From a virus (Duplodnaviria > Caudoviricetes), in the IMG/VR virus record IMGVR_UViG_3300042566_001761, positions 1 to 38,057 of that record: 38,057 bases of DNA; one strand, 5' to 3'. The position numbers and the translations under genes are program-made. Position 1 is the first letter of the stretch. Each line of letters starts with the position of its first letter. The notes beneath the pieces are model-generated. The model was not told the DNA's origin. It searched no databases and saw only the letters and a program-made list of their open reading frames with translations. This document shows, one piece after another, positions 1 to 8,428 of the stretch.

Positions 1-3000
1 ATTAGATCCAGCTAATTGAATTTGCGCTGGGTTAGCACTAATTGGAGAAATGTAGAGATTTCCTGTCATTTCATCTCCACTTATATTCACATAGAGAGAA
101 TCAGCGGTTCCTTGTGAAATACCTCCACTTGGAAGAGTAACTGAGTTACCTCCACTAATTGAAAGTGTACTTCCACTTAAACTTAGGGTTTGTTGATCTG
201 TATCGGTATCAATATCTGTCCAACTTGCAGTTACCGTACCTCCATCTCTTTGGGTAAGAGTAAGAGTTTTTGTAGTTGTTCCACTAACTGCAGCTGAAGT
301 TATTACATCATTATATGCAGAAGTCCAGTTATTAATATTAGTTTGTGAAAAATGTCCACTGTGCCAAACCTTATACCATGTACTATTCCAAGCAGAATCA
401 ATACCATTTCTTAATCGTAATCCTGGAATACCGCTTGCGTTAAGTCCAGTTTCATTAATAAATGCAAGTTGGTAAGAAGAATCTCCAGTACTTCCAGAGG
501 TTCCGTCCCATGGACTAAATGTCATTACTCCAGCATAGTTACCTACGCCATCTGCTGTGCCAGCTGTTACAAAATCCCAGGCAACTGAACGGTTATTCCA
601 GTTTGGACGCCTATCGCTTAGGTCTCTTGGACCATCTGGGAAACTAATCCATTTAGCCTCATCTGCATAACCGGCTGTACTGGCAGAACCGGCACTAGTT
701 GCATAGTTTACCGAGAAATTTGATGGATTGTAAACATACATATTTGTACCATCCGTACCACCCCATAACCAGGTTGGCTGACCACTTTGTCCACTCCATA
801 TGAAATTAATATCACTACCATCGCTTCTTCTAGGATAGGCTCTACCGCTTGAAGTAATATAACCTGGACCATTGGTTAATTGGTTAAGGTTAGTTAGGTT
901 TCCAGCATGCCATACAGTATTTCCATTGATTTGTGCATAATCGCCTCCTATTAAAAAATCTGGTATTCCAGTAAGTGCATTTCCACTTACATCAATTCTT
1001 AATGTATCTGGACTACCTTCATTATAAACAATACCATATCCAGTATTACTTGCATCATATTGCCAAATTGCAATATTTCCACTTGTACTTGGTCCATATA
1101 ATCCAGTTGTAATTGCTTTTGCTAAAGTTAGGGTAGTTGAAGTGGTTGCACCACGACCAGTTACCGAAGCAAGGGTATCAGTTTCAGTATAGCTAGTAAT
1201 AAATGCAGGAGCGCCTGTAATCTTACTCCATGCTAATGATGTAATCCATGCAGGATTTGCATATGATCCAGTTGTATAAACTCCATTTGTTACAGTTCCA
1301 GCATTACCAGTAACTGATATTCCCCATGTTCCATCTTCCCAAACATAATTGTAACCACTTCCAGTTTTAAGTCTACCATCAGTTGCTAAATAAAATCTAA
1401 TATTTCCAGACTGGGTAAATTTAATTTCTTCATCTAAATCATCTTGTGTACCAATTTCAAGATAAGATCCGCCGGCTTGATTTCCAGTAGAAACAAATCT
1501 AATAAATGCGGCATCCGTATTTAATCCCCAAGAAAGTCCTAATCCAGAAGTTGTGCCAAATGAAAGATTACCAGTCATAGTATCACCACTCTTAGAAACT
1601 TTTCCAGCAATTGAGTTGGTAACCGTTGTTGCAAAGTTAGCATCATCTCCAAGAGCAGCTGCTAATTCGTCTAAGGTATTTAGTGCACCAGGTGCTCCAT
1701 TAATTAAGTTATTAATTTGAGTTGTGACATAGGTTTGAGTTGCGTATCCAGATAGAGAAGCAGAAGTAATATAACCTGGTCCATTTGTTAATTGATTCAA
1801 GTTAGTTAGGTTTCCTTCATGCCAAATTCTATATTTAACTGGGCCCATTGACCAACCTCCAACAAAAAGATCATTAGTTGAACCGTCTAGTCCAAAGTGA
1901 ACTGCATAATCTCCTGAAATATGGAAAGTTTGAAAAGCATCTCGGTTAACATCGGCTTGATAAATTTGTAATGTAGTAGCTGATCCAACGGTATCTCCAG
2001 TTGCACCCTGCTGGGTATAAATTCTAAAAATATTATTAGTGTAATTAACTTCATCATCGCTTCTTAAAAAAGAACCTGAGCTTAATCCATCTAATAGGTC
2101 TGCGTCTAATCCTGAACCGGCTCCATCATTTCCTGCATGCCAAGGAGTATAACCTAATGCAGCAGTTACCATTCCCGAGGTAATGCCTGTAATATAACCT
2201 GGACCATTGGTTAATTGGTTAAGGTTAGTTATAGTATTAACAATATTTAGGTTACCTGAAGAAGTAGAAACACTAATTCCGGCACCAGCCGTTGCGCTTA
2301 GCAAACCCGTATTGACAATGTTTAAGTTACCAGAAGCAGTCGAAACACTAATACCTGAACCTGCAGTTCCGCTAAGAAGGCCAGTATTAACAATATTTAG
2401 GTTACCAGAAGAAGTAGAGACACTAATACCTGAACCGGCTGTACCGCTTAGTAATCCAGTATTAACAATATTTAAGTTACCAGATGAGGTAGAAACGCTA
2501 ATACCTGAACCGGCTGTTCCACTTAATAAACCAGTATTTGTTACGGTAACTGCGCCAGTTGTCGTGTTTACTGAGATTCCTGTGCCAGCGCTAACTGAGG
2601 AAACTCCAGCTGTAATTGTCCAGCTACGGTTTGCTGATAAATCATAGGTAACTCCATTAATTGTAATGGTTCTAGCATTTGTAACTGGAGTATAACCAAG
2701 TGCATTAATTACATCGGCTGAGGTAATTCCAGTTAAGTAGGTATTTGAATCGAGCGCCCATGTATTAGCACCAGTTCTTTTTAAGAATCCAGTTGTTGCC
2801 AATGCCGCAATTGCAGTTAGGTCAGCATCAAGCGGTTGATATGTAGTACCAGCAGTTCCAGTTGTTAAGTAGGTACTTGAATCAACTGAACCATCTGCTT
2901 TTAAGAATTGACTTGAGGTTCCACCATCTTTAATAAAGGATCTACCTGTAATATCATTTGCTCTAAGATCGGCATAGGCAAATGACGCATGTGAAGTATC

Positions 3001-5058
3001 AATAAATGGAGATGCGTCTGGTTCTGGCACATAACCTTTAAAGAATTTCCAAACATTATCAGTTGCATCTCTAAATAAACCTGCATGAGCATAGGATCCA
3101 TCATTGTAACCTGCAGCAAAACCAAGATCTGGATTTGCATTTGATTTAGCTCTTGCTGTACCGCCTGAACTATAAGATCCAGTTGCACTATTTGCAATGG
3201 TAAATGAGTTGGTTGAAACGGCAGTAATTGTTTGATTTGATAAGTTATATGCACTAGGCGTAACCCCAGTGATTGTAACTGACATTCCAGCAATATAATT
3301 ATGGGTTTCCTCCGTTGTATAAACTACAGTTGAACCATTTCCTACTGCATTGGTTATTGTTGTTTGAACACCATTGTTCAGATAAATCATGTTATCTGAT
3401 ACGCTCAAATTTTGAGCATTAACTGTTGTAGTAGTTCCACCAATAATAAGGTTTCCTACGACATTAATATTGCCACCTACATATAAATTCTTTGCAATAC
3501 CAACTCCACCCGCTGTAACAATTGTTCCAGTAGTAGTTGAAGTGGCTTGAGTTGTTCCAGAAAAAGTTTTAATTCCAGAAATAGTTTCATTACCTGAAGT
3601 ATGAACAACATTTGCATCATTGGCTGGAGTAAAACCTAACCAACCTGCAATTGTTTTATTAACCCATAGGGTTCCATCATATCCTAAAATATGTCCATTT
3701 ACTGGAACAGTTGTAATTAAGTCGACATCGTGTATTTCTTTTAATTCAAAACCATTCTGAACCTTTACAAAGATTTCTCCATTATTTGCATTTTTACGAG
3801 TTACGATACCAATAAAAACAAGGTGTCTTGGGGCATAGGGTTTATTTAGTAAACCATAAATAAGATTACCATTATCGCCTAACCAAACTGGATCACCTTC
3901 TGTACCAGCTAGGGAAGTATCTAATCCTGCTAATAAACCCTCAGTAACTACATTGGCCATTCCATTGGTTGCAACCGTTGCATCTAGGAGACCCATAGTT
4001 TTTGATGAAGTTGCTTCGCTTCCATTTGACGCAAGTCCAACAATCATATTAGTTCCATCTGCACTTGTTACATAAACTGCTTGGCCTTTATTAATTGCAA
4101 CTCCAGCTTTAACTCCATGTTGAACTCTTGAAACATAATTAACCGTATCGATAGTCCAAGTACGATCTGCCGTTAAATTTTGAGTTACACCATTAATCGT
4201 AAGATTTCTGGTATTAGGAACTGGGGTATAACCCAAAGCAGTAGTTACCTGGCCTGAAGTAATTCCAGTTAAATAATTTGGAGTCCAGTTAACCCATTGT
4301 GATCCATTAAATTGTAATAATTGACCATTTACCGCAGATGAAATTGTAACATCTGTTAAACTGTCTAGGTTAGTAGGAATTGAAATATTAGTTGCAGATA
4401 CTGCAGTAATTAAACCTTTAGCATTAACTGTGATTACAGGCACAGCTGACGCTGAACCAAATGTTCCAACGTTTGAGTTGACTGTAGCTAAGGCTAATCC
4501 AATTGTTCCATTTGAAGTTAGTGGAGAGTTTGCAATTACAAAATCGCTTCCAGTAATTCCAACTGAAGTTAAGGGTGGAGTAACTGTATTGTAACCAATC
4601 GTCCACCAATAAGTTGTACCATCATAGTAAACGCCTAAGACATCAGTTGCATTTGCGGCAGATGACGCTGTATATGTTCCACCTCCAACAATAGTACTTC
4701 CACCAGGTAAAGTTAGGGTGCGACCGCCGACTGCATCCTGTTTAACTAAGATTAAACCAGTATCGCCAGTTTCCATGTTAGAAATTACTAGAGTTCTAGC
4801 TCCAGCAAGTGTTACCTTTGCATTTGCACCAGAGTTAAAGTCCCAAGCGACAGCTGCGCCATCAGTCAGGGTTTGCTGAGCCATTGTAACCTTACCATTA
4901 ACTTTAAGATTACCGGCAACTGTAAATTTTTTAGTCGCCTGTAGAGTTAATGTAAGATTACCATTATCATCATGCTGTAGATACGGTTTATTGGAGGTAG
5001 TATTTCCTATAAATTCTAATAAACCGGATGCGGGAGTTATCTTGACCGTTTGCGCCAC
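1..5058 (-). CDS. Giant mosaic long tail fibre protein, partial (>1686 aa; 3' end beyond window)
   Basis: Manual translation from GTG at 5058 (MAQTVKITPASGLLEFIG...) stays open to position 1 (...ADSLYVNISGDEMTGNLYISPISANPAQIQLAGSN). Contains typical fibre motifs: ALGYTP x3, GGTSSQFLKADGSVDS, WHAGNDGAGSGLDADLLDG, APGALNTLDELAAALGDDANFATTV (P2 gpH-like), KSGDTMTGNL and a knob-like block ending WNSTWYKVWHSG. Absent from the ORF track because no stop lies in the window. Confidence 0.92.
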   Translation of the reverse strand, partial: MAQTVKITPASGLLEFIGNTTSNKPYLQHDDNGNLTLTLQATKKFTVAGNLKVNGKVTMAQQTLTDGAAVAWDFNSGANAKVTLAGARTLVISNMETGDTGLILVKQDAVGGRTLTLPGGSTIVGGGTYTASSAANATDVLGVYYDGTTYWWTIGYNTVTPPLTSVGITGSDFVIANSPLTSNGTIGLALATVNSNVGTFGSASAVPVITVNAKGLITAVSATNISIPTNLDSLTDVTISSAVNGQLLQFNGSQWVNWTPNYLTGITSGQVTTALGYTPVPNTRNLTINGVTQNLTADRTWTIDTVNYVSRVQHGVKAGVAINKGQAVYVTSADGTNMIVGLASNGSEATSSKTMGLLDATVATNGMANVVTEGLLAGLDTSLAGTEGDPVWLGDNGNLIYGLLNKPYAPRHLVFIGIVTRKNANNGEIFVKVQNGFELKEIHDVDLITTVPVNGHILGYDGTLWVNKTIAGWLGFTPANDANVVHTSGNETISGIKTFSGTTQATSTTTGTIVTAGGVGIAKNLYVGGNINVVGNLIIGGTTTTVNAQNLSVSDNMIYLNNGVQTTITNAVGNGSTVVYTTEETHNYIAGMSVTITGVTPSAYNLSNQTITAVSTNSFTIANSATGSYSSGGTARAKSNANPDLGFAAGYNDGSYAHAGLFRDATDNVWKFFKGYVPEPDASPFIDTSHASFAYADLRANDITGRSFIKDGGTSSQFLKADGSVDSSTYLTTGTAGTTYQPLDADLTAIAALATTGFLKRTGANTWALDSNTYLTGITSADVINALGYTPVTNARTITINGVTYDLSANRSWTITAGVSSVSAGTGISVNTTTGAVTVTNTGLLSGTAGSGISVSTSSGNLNIVNTGLLSGTAGSGISVSTSSGNLNIVNTGLLSGTAGSGISVSTASGNLNIVNTGLLSATAGAGISVSTSSGNLNIVNTITNLNQLTNGPGYITGITSGMVTAALGYTPWHAGNDGAGSGLDADLLDGLSSGSFLRSDDEVNYTNNIFRIYTQQGATGDTVGSATTLQIYQADVNRDAFQTFHISGDYAVHFGLDGSTNDLFVGGWSMGPVKYRIWHEGNLTNLNQLTNGPGYITSASLSGYATQTYVTTQINNLINGAPGALNTLDELAAALGDDANFATTVTNSIAGKVSKSGDTMTGNLSFGTTSGLGLSWGLNTDAAFIRFVSTGNQAGGSYLEIGTQDDLDEEIKFTQSGNIRFYLATDGRLKTGSGYNYVWEDGTWGISVTGNAGTVTNGVYTTGSYANPAWITSLAWSKITGAPAFITSYTETDTLASVTGRGATTSTTLTLAKAITTGLYGPSTSGNIAIWQYDASNTGYGIVYNEGSPDTLRIDVSGNALTGIPDFLIGGDYAQINGNTVWHAGNLTNLNQLTNGPGYITSSGRAYPRRSDGSDINFIWSGQSGQPTWLWGGTDGTNMYVYNPSNFSVNYATSAGSASTAGYADEAKWISFPDGPRDLSDRRPNWNNRSVAWDFVTAGTADGVGNYAGVMTFSPWDGTSGSTGDSSYQLAFINETGLNASGIPGLRLRNGIDSAWNSTWYKVWHSGHFSQTNINNWTSAYNDVITSAAVSGTTTKTLTLTQRDGGTVTASWTDIDTDTDQQTLSLSGSTLSISGGNSVTLPSGGISQGTADSLYVNISGDEMTGNLYISPISANPAQIQLAGSN
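854..896. repeat. 43-bp direct repeat, copy A (within NLTNLNQLTNGPGYIT linker of the fibre)
   Basis: gtaatataacctggaccattggttaattggttaaggttagtta is identical to 2189..2231. Confidence 0.95.
1766..1808. repeat. 43-bp direct repeat, diverged copy B
   Basis: 38/43 identical to copies A and C; the differences are synonymous (same LNQLTNGPGYIT peptide). Confidence 0.9.
2189..2231. repeat. 43-bp direct repeat, copy C
   Basis: Identical to 854..896; 1335 bp (445 codons) apart, in frame. Confidence 0.95.
2234..2608. repeat. Coding tandem repeat, 75-bp unit x ~5 (25-aa unit NTGLLSGTAGSGISVSTSSGNLNIV)
   Basis: gtatt(a/g)acaat..tta.gttacc recurs at 2234, 2309, 2384 and 2459, with a diverged unit at 2534; variation is mostly at third codon positions. 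Confidence 0.93.
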
Positions 5059-5079
5059 GTATGTAATAGACTATTTGAA

Positions 5080-5508
5080 TTATTTATTCATGTCTATCTC
5101 AATTTGCAATGGTTTAACATCTTTACGTTCAGCTTGTACTAAATAAAAAAAGTTTGGCTTATGTGAGCCTGCTACTTCAAAATAAGTATCAGTAATGTTT
5201 TTGACCCAAAGCGATTGAGATTTACCGAATGGTGTAATTGTTACTGTTATTGAGTCCTTATTTGCTAGGCTCTCCCAGTATTCTGGAAAAAAGATACGTT
5301 TTTCTTCACTCCTTCCTCTAAGATAGATTCCATGTTCAGGACCCTCTAAGTTACCATGAGCAAGTTTAAAGCCTGGCTTGGTTGGATGGTCAATAACGAA
5401 CTGTTTTGTAACAGCTGAAAAATTACCATTGTGATTAATATCTCCAGACGTTTCGTTATACGTCATGTGCGTACTAATATTAACTTGTTTTAATTTAACT
5501 TGAGCCAT
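5080..5508 (-). CDS. Stand-alone tail-fibre C-terminal/chaperone-like domain protein (142 aa)
   Basis: KQFVIDHPTKPGFKLAHGNLEGPEHGIYLRG...FPEYWESL...ITVTITPFG matches a domain usually found at the C-terminus of phage fibres; lies directly upstream of the giant fibre. Confidence 0.65.
   Translation of the reverse strand: MAQVKLKQVNISTHMTYNETSGDINHNGNFSAVTKQFVIDHPTKPGFKLAHGNLEGPEHGIYLRGRSEEKRIFFPEYWESLANKDSITVTITPFGKSQSLWVKNITDTYFEVAGSHKPNFFYLVQAERKDVKPLQIEIDMNK
5081..5087 (-). promoter_or_regulatory. Putative late promoter box ATAAATA for the giant fibre gene
   Basis: 22 nt upstream of the GTG at 5058; overlaps the stop codon of the 142-aa gene. Confidence 0.5.
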
Positions 5509-5534
5509 TTACGAGTTTGTATCTTTTCTATAGA

Positions 5535-5542
5535 TATTTATA
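5535..5542 (-). promoter_or_regulatory. T4-type late promoter TATAAATA
   Basis: Exact T4 gp55 consensus, 26 nt upstream of the ATG at 5508 and just downstream of a terminator. Confidence 0.75.
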
Positions 5543-5566
5543 CTCCGCGTTTTGACTTTGGATAAT

Positions 5567-5593
5567 AAAAAAGCCTCCATAAGGGAGGCTTTT
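5567..5593 (-). terminator. Rho-independent terminator (possibly bidirectional)
   Basis: Plus strand AAAAGCCTCC-ATAAG-GGAGGCTTTT; on the minus strand the GC stem is followed by U6. Lies 24 nt after the stop of the 485-aa gene. Confidence 0.85.
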
Positions 5594-5617
5594 ATTAAAT
5601 ATTAAAAATTAGCAAAA

Positions 5618-7075
5618 TTAGCTTACTCTATAAGTAATTTCAATTTCATCAGAAGTTTCAATTACATAAGGTAATCCAGTTATACGAACTGTTGTATTGT
5701 TACCTTGTGGCCATACCCAGTTAGTGGTTTTCTTTAGAGCAACTCCATTAAGCGTAACTGAAAAGATTTCAGCAGCAGCGTTTGATAAGGTAATATCAAC
5801 ATTTCCTGGAGTTCCAGCGGTTAAACCGGTTGCCTGTTGAACATTTAGTGCATTATTGCTAATAGTTACAGCTAAGGTATCAGTTGTACCTGCTACAATA
5901 TTAGTTCTAGTAAAAGTTAAACCTGCACCAGATTGAAAATCAAGTGTATCTGTATCTAAATCCAAACTTGCAGCAACTCCACCTTCAACTGAAATTCCCA
6001 ATTGACTGGCAGCTCCGATTAGGGTTTTAAGATTAGCAAATGTAATTTTCTGGTTAACTGCGCCAGATGAACTAATTGCAATAAAGTCAGCATCTGCGAT
6101 TGTTGTAACGGTTGCTAATTCAGAAAGATCTAAATTAATGGTTAATGTTCCAGAACTATATGTAGTATCAATTCCATTTGTTCCACCGGCAATTGTTAAA
6201 GTTGAACCTAATGCAACGGTACCTGATCCAATATCGCCAGCGAATCCGTGCGTGCTATTTGCAAGCATCGCATTAGTTACTCCGCCATTTTTAATGTATA
6301 AAGCATCTGCACCATCAATTCCAATTGAAGAGTTATCGTAATTTACATTAAATTTAGTACCAGTTCTGGTTAAACCTACGCCAGCTTCAGCAACACCTGC
6401 TGCAGAAAATTGAGTAAATTCAAGTTGAGCATTACCTGCTCCGTTATTAGTAGGTTCCCATAAACCAGCTGCTCCAGTATCAGAAATTGCTCCATTTGGA
6501 GAACTTAATACCCAACCTGTGTCAGCATAAACATCTCCTTGCTCAACAAAGGTAAATAATCCGCCAGAAACTTCTCCTCCATCTGGAGTTTTGTTATCAG
6601 CATCCTCTGATCTAGTCAATTGACCTCCTTGATATACATAAATACCATTTACTTTTTGACGGCCAGCTAAGGCTAATGCAATTAAGACACGATCACCATC
6701 GTTAATTGTTACATTGTCTAAAATTAAATTGGTAATTGACGCACCTGTTGAAATTATAGTAAACATATCTTGATCATCAACAGTTAAACCATTTACCGCA
6801 TTGTCAACTAGGATAGCTGGTGTACCGCCTGCTGCAGGTGTACCTGCACGATAAATTGCAGTTACCGATTTTTTTATATCTAATCCAGTTGCAACTGAAT
6901 CAACATATTCTTTATTTGCAGCTTGAGTTGGTGCAACTGGCGGCGAGCTGATTATTAAGTTTGCAGCAGGTGTGGTAATCGTACCAGTCGTTAGTGTAAC
7001 TGAACCAGTTGAGCCACTCAGTTTGTCTAATGAAACTGAAGTATCTTGTAGTTGTTTACCTTTAATTAATGCCAT
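5618..7075 (-). CDS. Virion fibre/decoration protein (485 aa)
   Basis: AANKEYVD-x-GLDIKKSV, GDRVLI...NGIYV...LTRSEDAD...FTFVEQG...GWVL block common in phage fibre/decoration proteins; G/T/A/S-rich beta repeats. Confidence 0.7.
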   Translation of the reverse strand: MALIKGKQLQDTSVSLDKLSGSTGSVTLTTGTITTPAANLIISSPPVAPTQAANKEYVDSVATGLDIKKSVTAIYRAGTPAAGGTPAILVDNAVNGLTVDDQDMFTIISTGASITNLILDNVTINDGDRVLIALALAGRQKVNGIYVYQGGQLTRSEDADNKTPDGGEVSGGLFTFVEQGDVYADTGWVLSSPNGAISDTGAAGLWEPTNNGAGNAQLEFTQFSAAGVAEAGVGLTRTGTKFNVNYDNSSIGIDGADALYIKNGGVTNAMLANSTHGFAGDIGSGTVALGSTLTIAGGTNGIDTTYSSGTLTINLDLSELATVTTIADADFIAISSSGAVNQKITFANLKTLIGAASQLGISVEGGVAASLDLDTDTLDFQSGAGLTFTRTNIVAGTTDTLAVTISNNALNVQQATGLTAGTPGNVDITLSNAAAEIFSVTLNGVALKKTTNWVWPQGNNTTVRITGLPYVIETSDEIEITYRVS

Positions 7076-7101
7076 TGTTTATGGAGTCTTTTTATTTAAG
7101 T

Positions 7102-7108
7102 TATTTAT
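7102..7108 (-). promoter_or_regulatory. Putative late promoter box ATAAATA
   Basis: 26 nt upstream of the ATG at 7075, in a 43-nt gap. Confidence 0.65.
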
Positions 7109-7118
7109 TTGTTGAGCA

Positions 7119-8426
7119 TTAGATAAATTGGAATGACCATAGGGCGCCAGCATTTTCAAAACTTCCTGTTCCAGAAACCCGTTGAATTCCAATCGCCCAA
7201 CTTTCATAGATAGGGTTGCCTGGGCTAGCTATAGTTTTATACGTAATTGTGTAGGTGCCGCTTACAGATTGTCCAACTTGTTGGGCAACTATAGTACTTC
7301 CAATTTGTAATGAAGTAATAAATGTTGAAATATTTCCGATATTTGAACCTTGTGCATTTAGAGCCTGTGCATTAAATTGAATTGCGCTTAGATTTGGATT
7401 TTCATAAGTTCCAGGGTTACCTCCTCCAACTAGATTAAACTCTTCAATGGCTTGAGAATTACCATCTCTCCAATAATATGTTGTGCTTGGAAGTGTAGGT
7501 TGAGCAAGCGTAACAGTTCCTCCACTAAAATATTCAAGAAGAATAAGGTCAGTTGTTTCTAATCCATGCTCAAGATAAGCTGGGCGAACGTAAAGTGAGT
7601 CGCCTGCTTCAACTTGATTTAATAGGAGCTGAGTATTTCCGCCGTTTCTACTAAAAAAGAAAGGTGACGTATTTGAATCGGTTAAAAGTCGTCTAACTCC
7701 ATTTACACTAATACATACAGTTGAATCAACGTGAATTGCCTTTTCGATTGGCGAATTAGCCGCAAGCGAATAGGACCCAGTGTTTGATGTATATGCAACT
7801 TGATTTGCATTACCTTGCTGAGCACTTGGTGTAATTGGGGCAGTTAGACTTGGAATAACTCTAATATGACCTTTCATCACATTAGAAGTTGCAGTATCTA
7901 CATAAAATAGGTCATCTGGCGCATCAAATGGAACTGTCCATAGGATATAACCTCCACTAGTTTGAGTGTTTGATCCGGTGCCGCTTGTTGGCATGCCAAC
8001 TGAATATGCGGTGCCATCTGCGCTTCTAATTTGAAGAGTGTGACCTATACTTGCAGAAACTTTAAATTTATAGATGTTTCCTCTAAAAACATAAATAGTT
8101 GGATTTTGGTTATTACCACTATTAAAATCAGCAGCTTCATTAACTTGCCATGAAGTATTTTGAGGATGTGCAACAAAGTTTAATAGATTAGCGTTAGTTG
8201 GTGAAAATTCAATAAGGTCAGCATCTAAAACGCCATCCTTAAACCAATACATTTTATTATCATCATTATCAACAATTCGGACCATCATGGTTGGGAACCT
8301 AATGGCTTGAGGAATTGAAGAAAGAGCTTCAGTTGTGGTTGCATAAGGACCAGAGTAACCATCCACTGGAACTGGGTTAACTGGTGTAATACCATAAGGT
8401 AATTGAAGTCCTGGTGTAAAACTCAT
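7119..8426 (-). CDS. Virion structural protein with cupredoxin-like domain (435 aa)
   Basis: NPTIYVFRGNIYKF...GHTLQI...WTVPFDAPDDLFY...MKGHIRV resembles the cupredoxin-like module of T4-like phage structural proteins. Confidence 0.6.
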   Translation of the reverse strand: MSFTPGLQLPYGITPVNPVPVDGYSGPYATTTEALSSIPQAIRFPTMMVRIVDNDDNKMYWFKDGVLDADLIEFSPTNANLLNFVAHPQNTSWQVNEAADFNSGNNQNPTIYVFRGNIYKFKVSASIGHTLQIRSADGTAYSVGMPTSGTGSNTQTSGGYILWTVPFDAPDDLFYVDTATSNVMKGHIRVIPSLTAPITPSAQQGNANQVAYTSNTGSYSLAANSPIEKAIHVDSTVCISVNGVRRLLTDSNTSPFFFSRNGGNTQLLLNQVEAGDSLYVRPAYLEHGLETTDLILLEYFSGGTVTLAQPTLPSTTYYWRDGNSQAIEEFNLVGGGNPGTYENPNLSAIQFNAQALNAQGSNIGNISTFITSLQIGSTIVAQQVGQSVSGTYTITYKTIASPGNPIYESWAIGIQRVSGTGSFENAGALWSFQFI

Positions 8427-8428
8427 GG

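Noticed and set aside
854-2231. DGR template/variable repeat pair
   Set aside because: Repeats are only 43 bp, mismatches are synonymous rather than adenine-specific, and no reverse transcriptase is in the window.
2234-2608. Possible CRISPR array
   Set aside because: Units repeat along their whole length with no unique spacers, are in-frame coding, and no cas genes are present.
2207-2647. 146-aa repetitive plus-strand ORF
   Set aside because: Antisense shadow of the 75-bp repeats in the fibre gene; synonymous variation follows the minus-strand frame.
2901-4609. Minus-strand ORFs 2901..3293 and 4424..4609
   Set aside because: Alternative-frame ORFs nested in the giant fibre gene, with Q/L-rich or W/C-rich off-frame composition.
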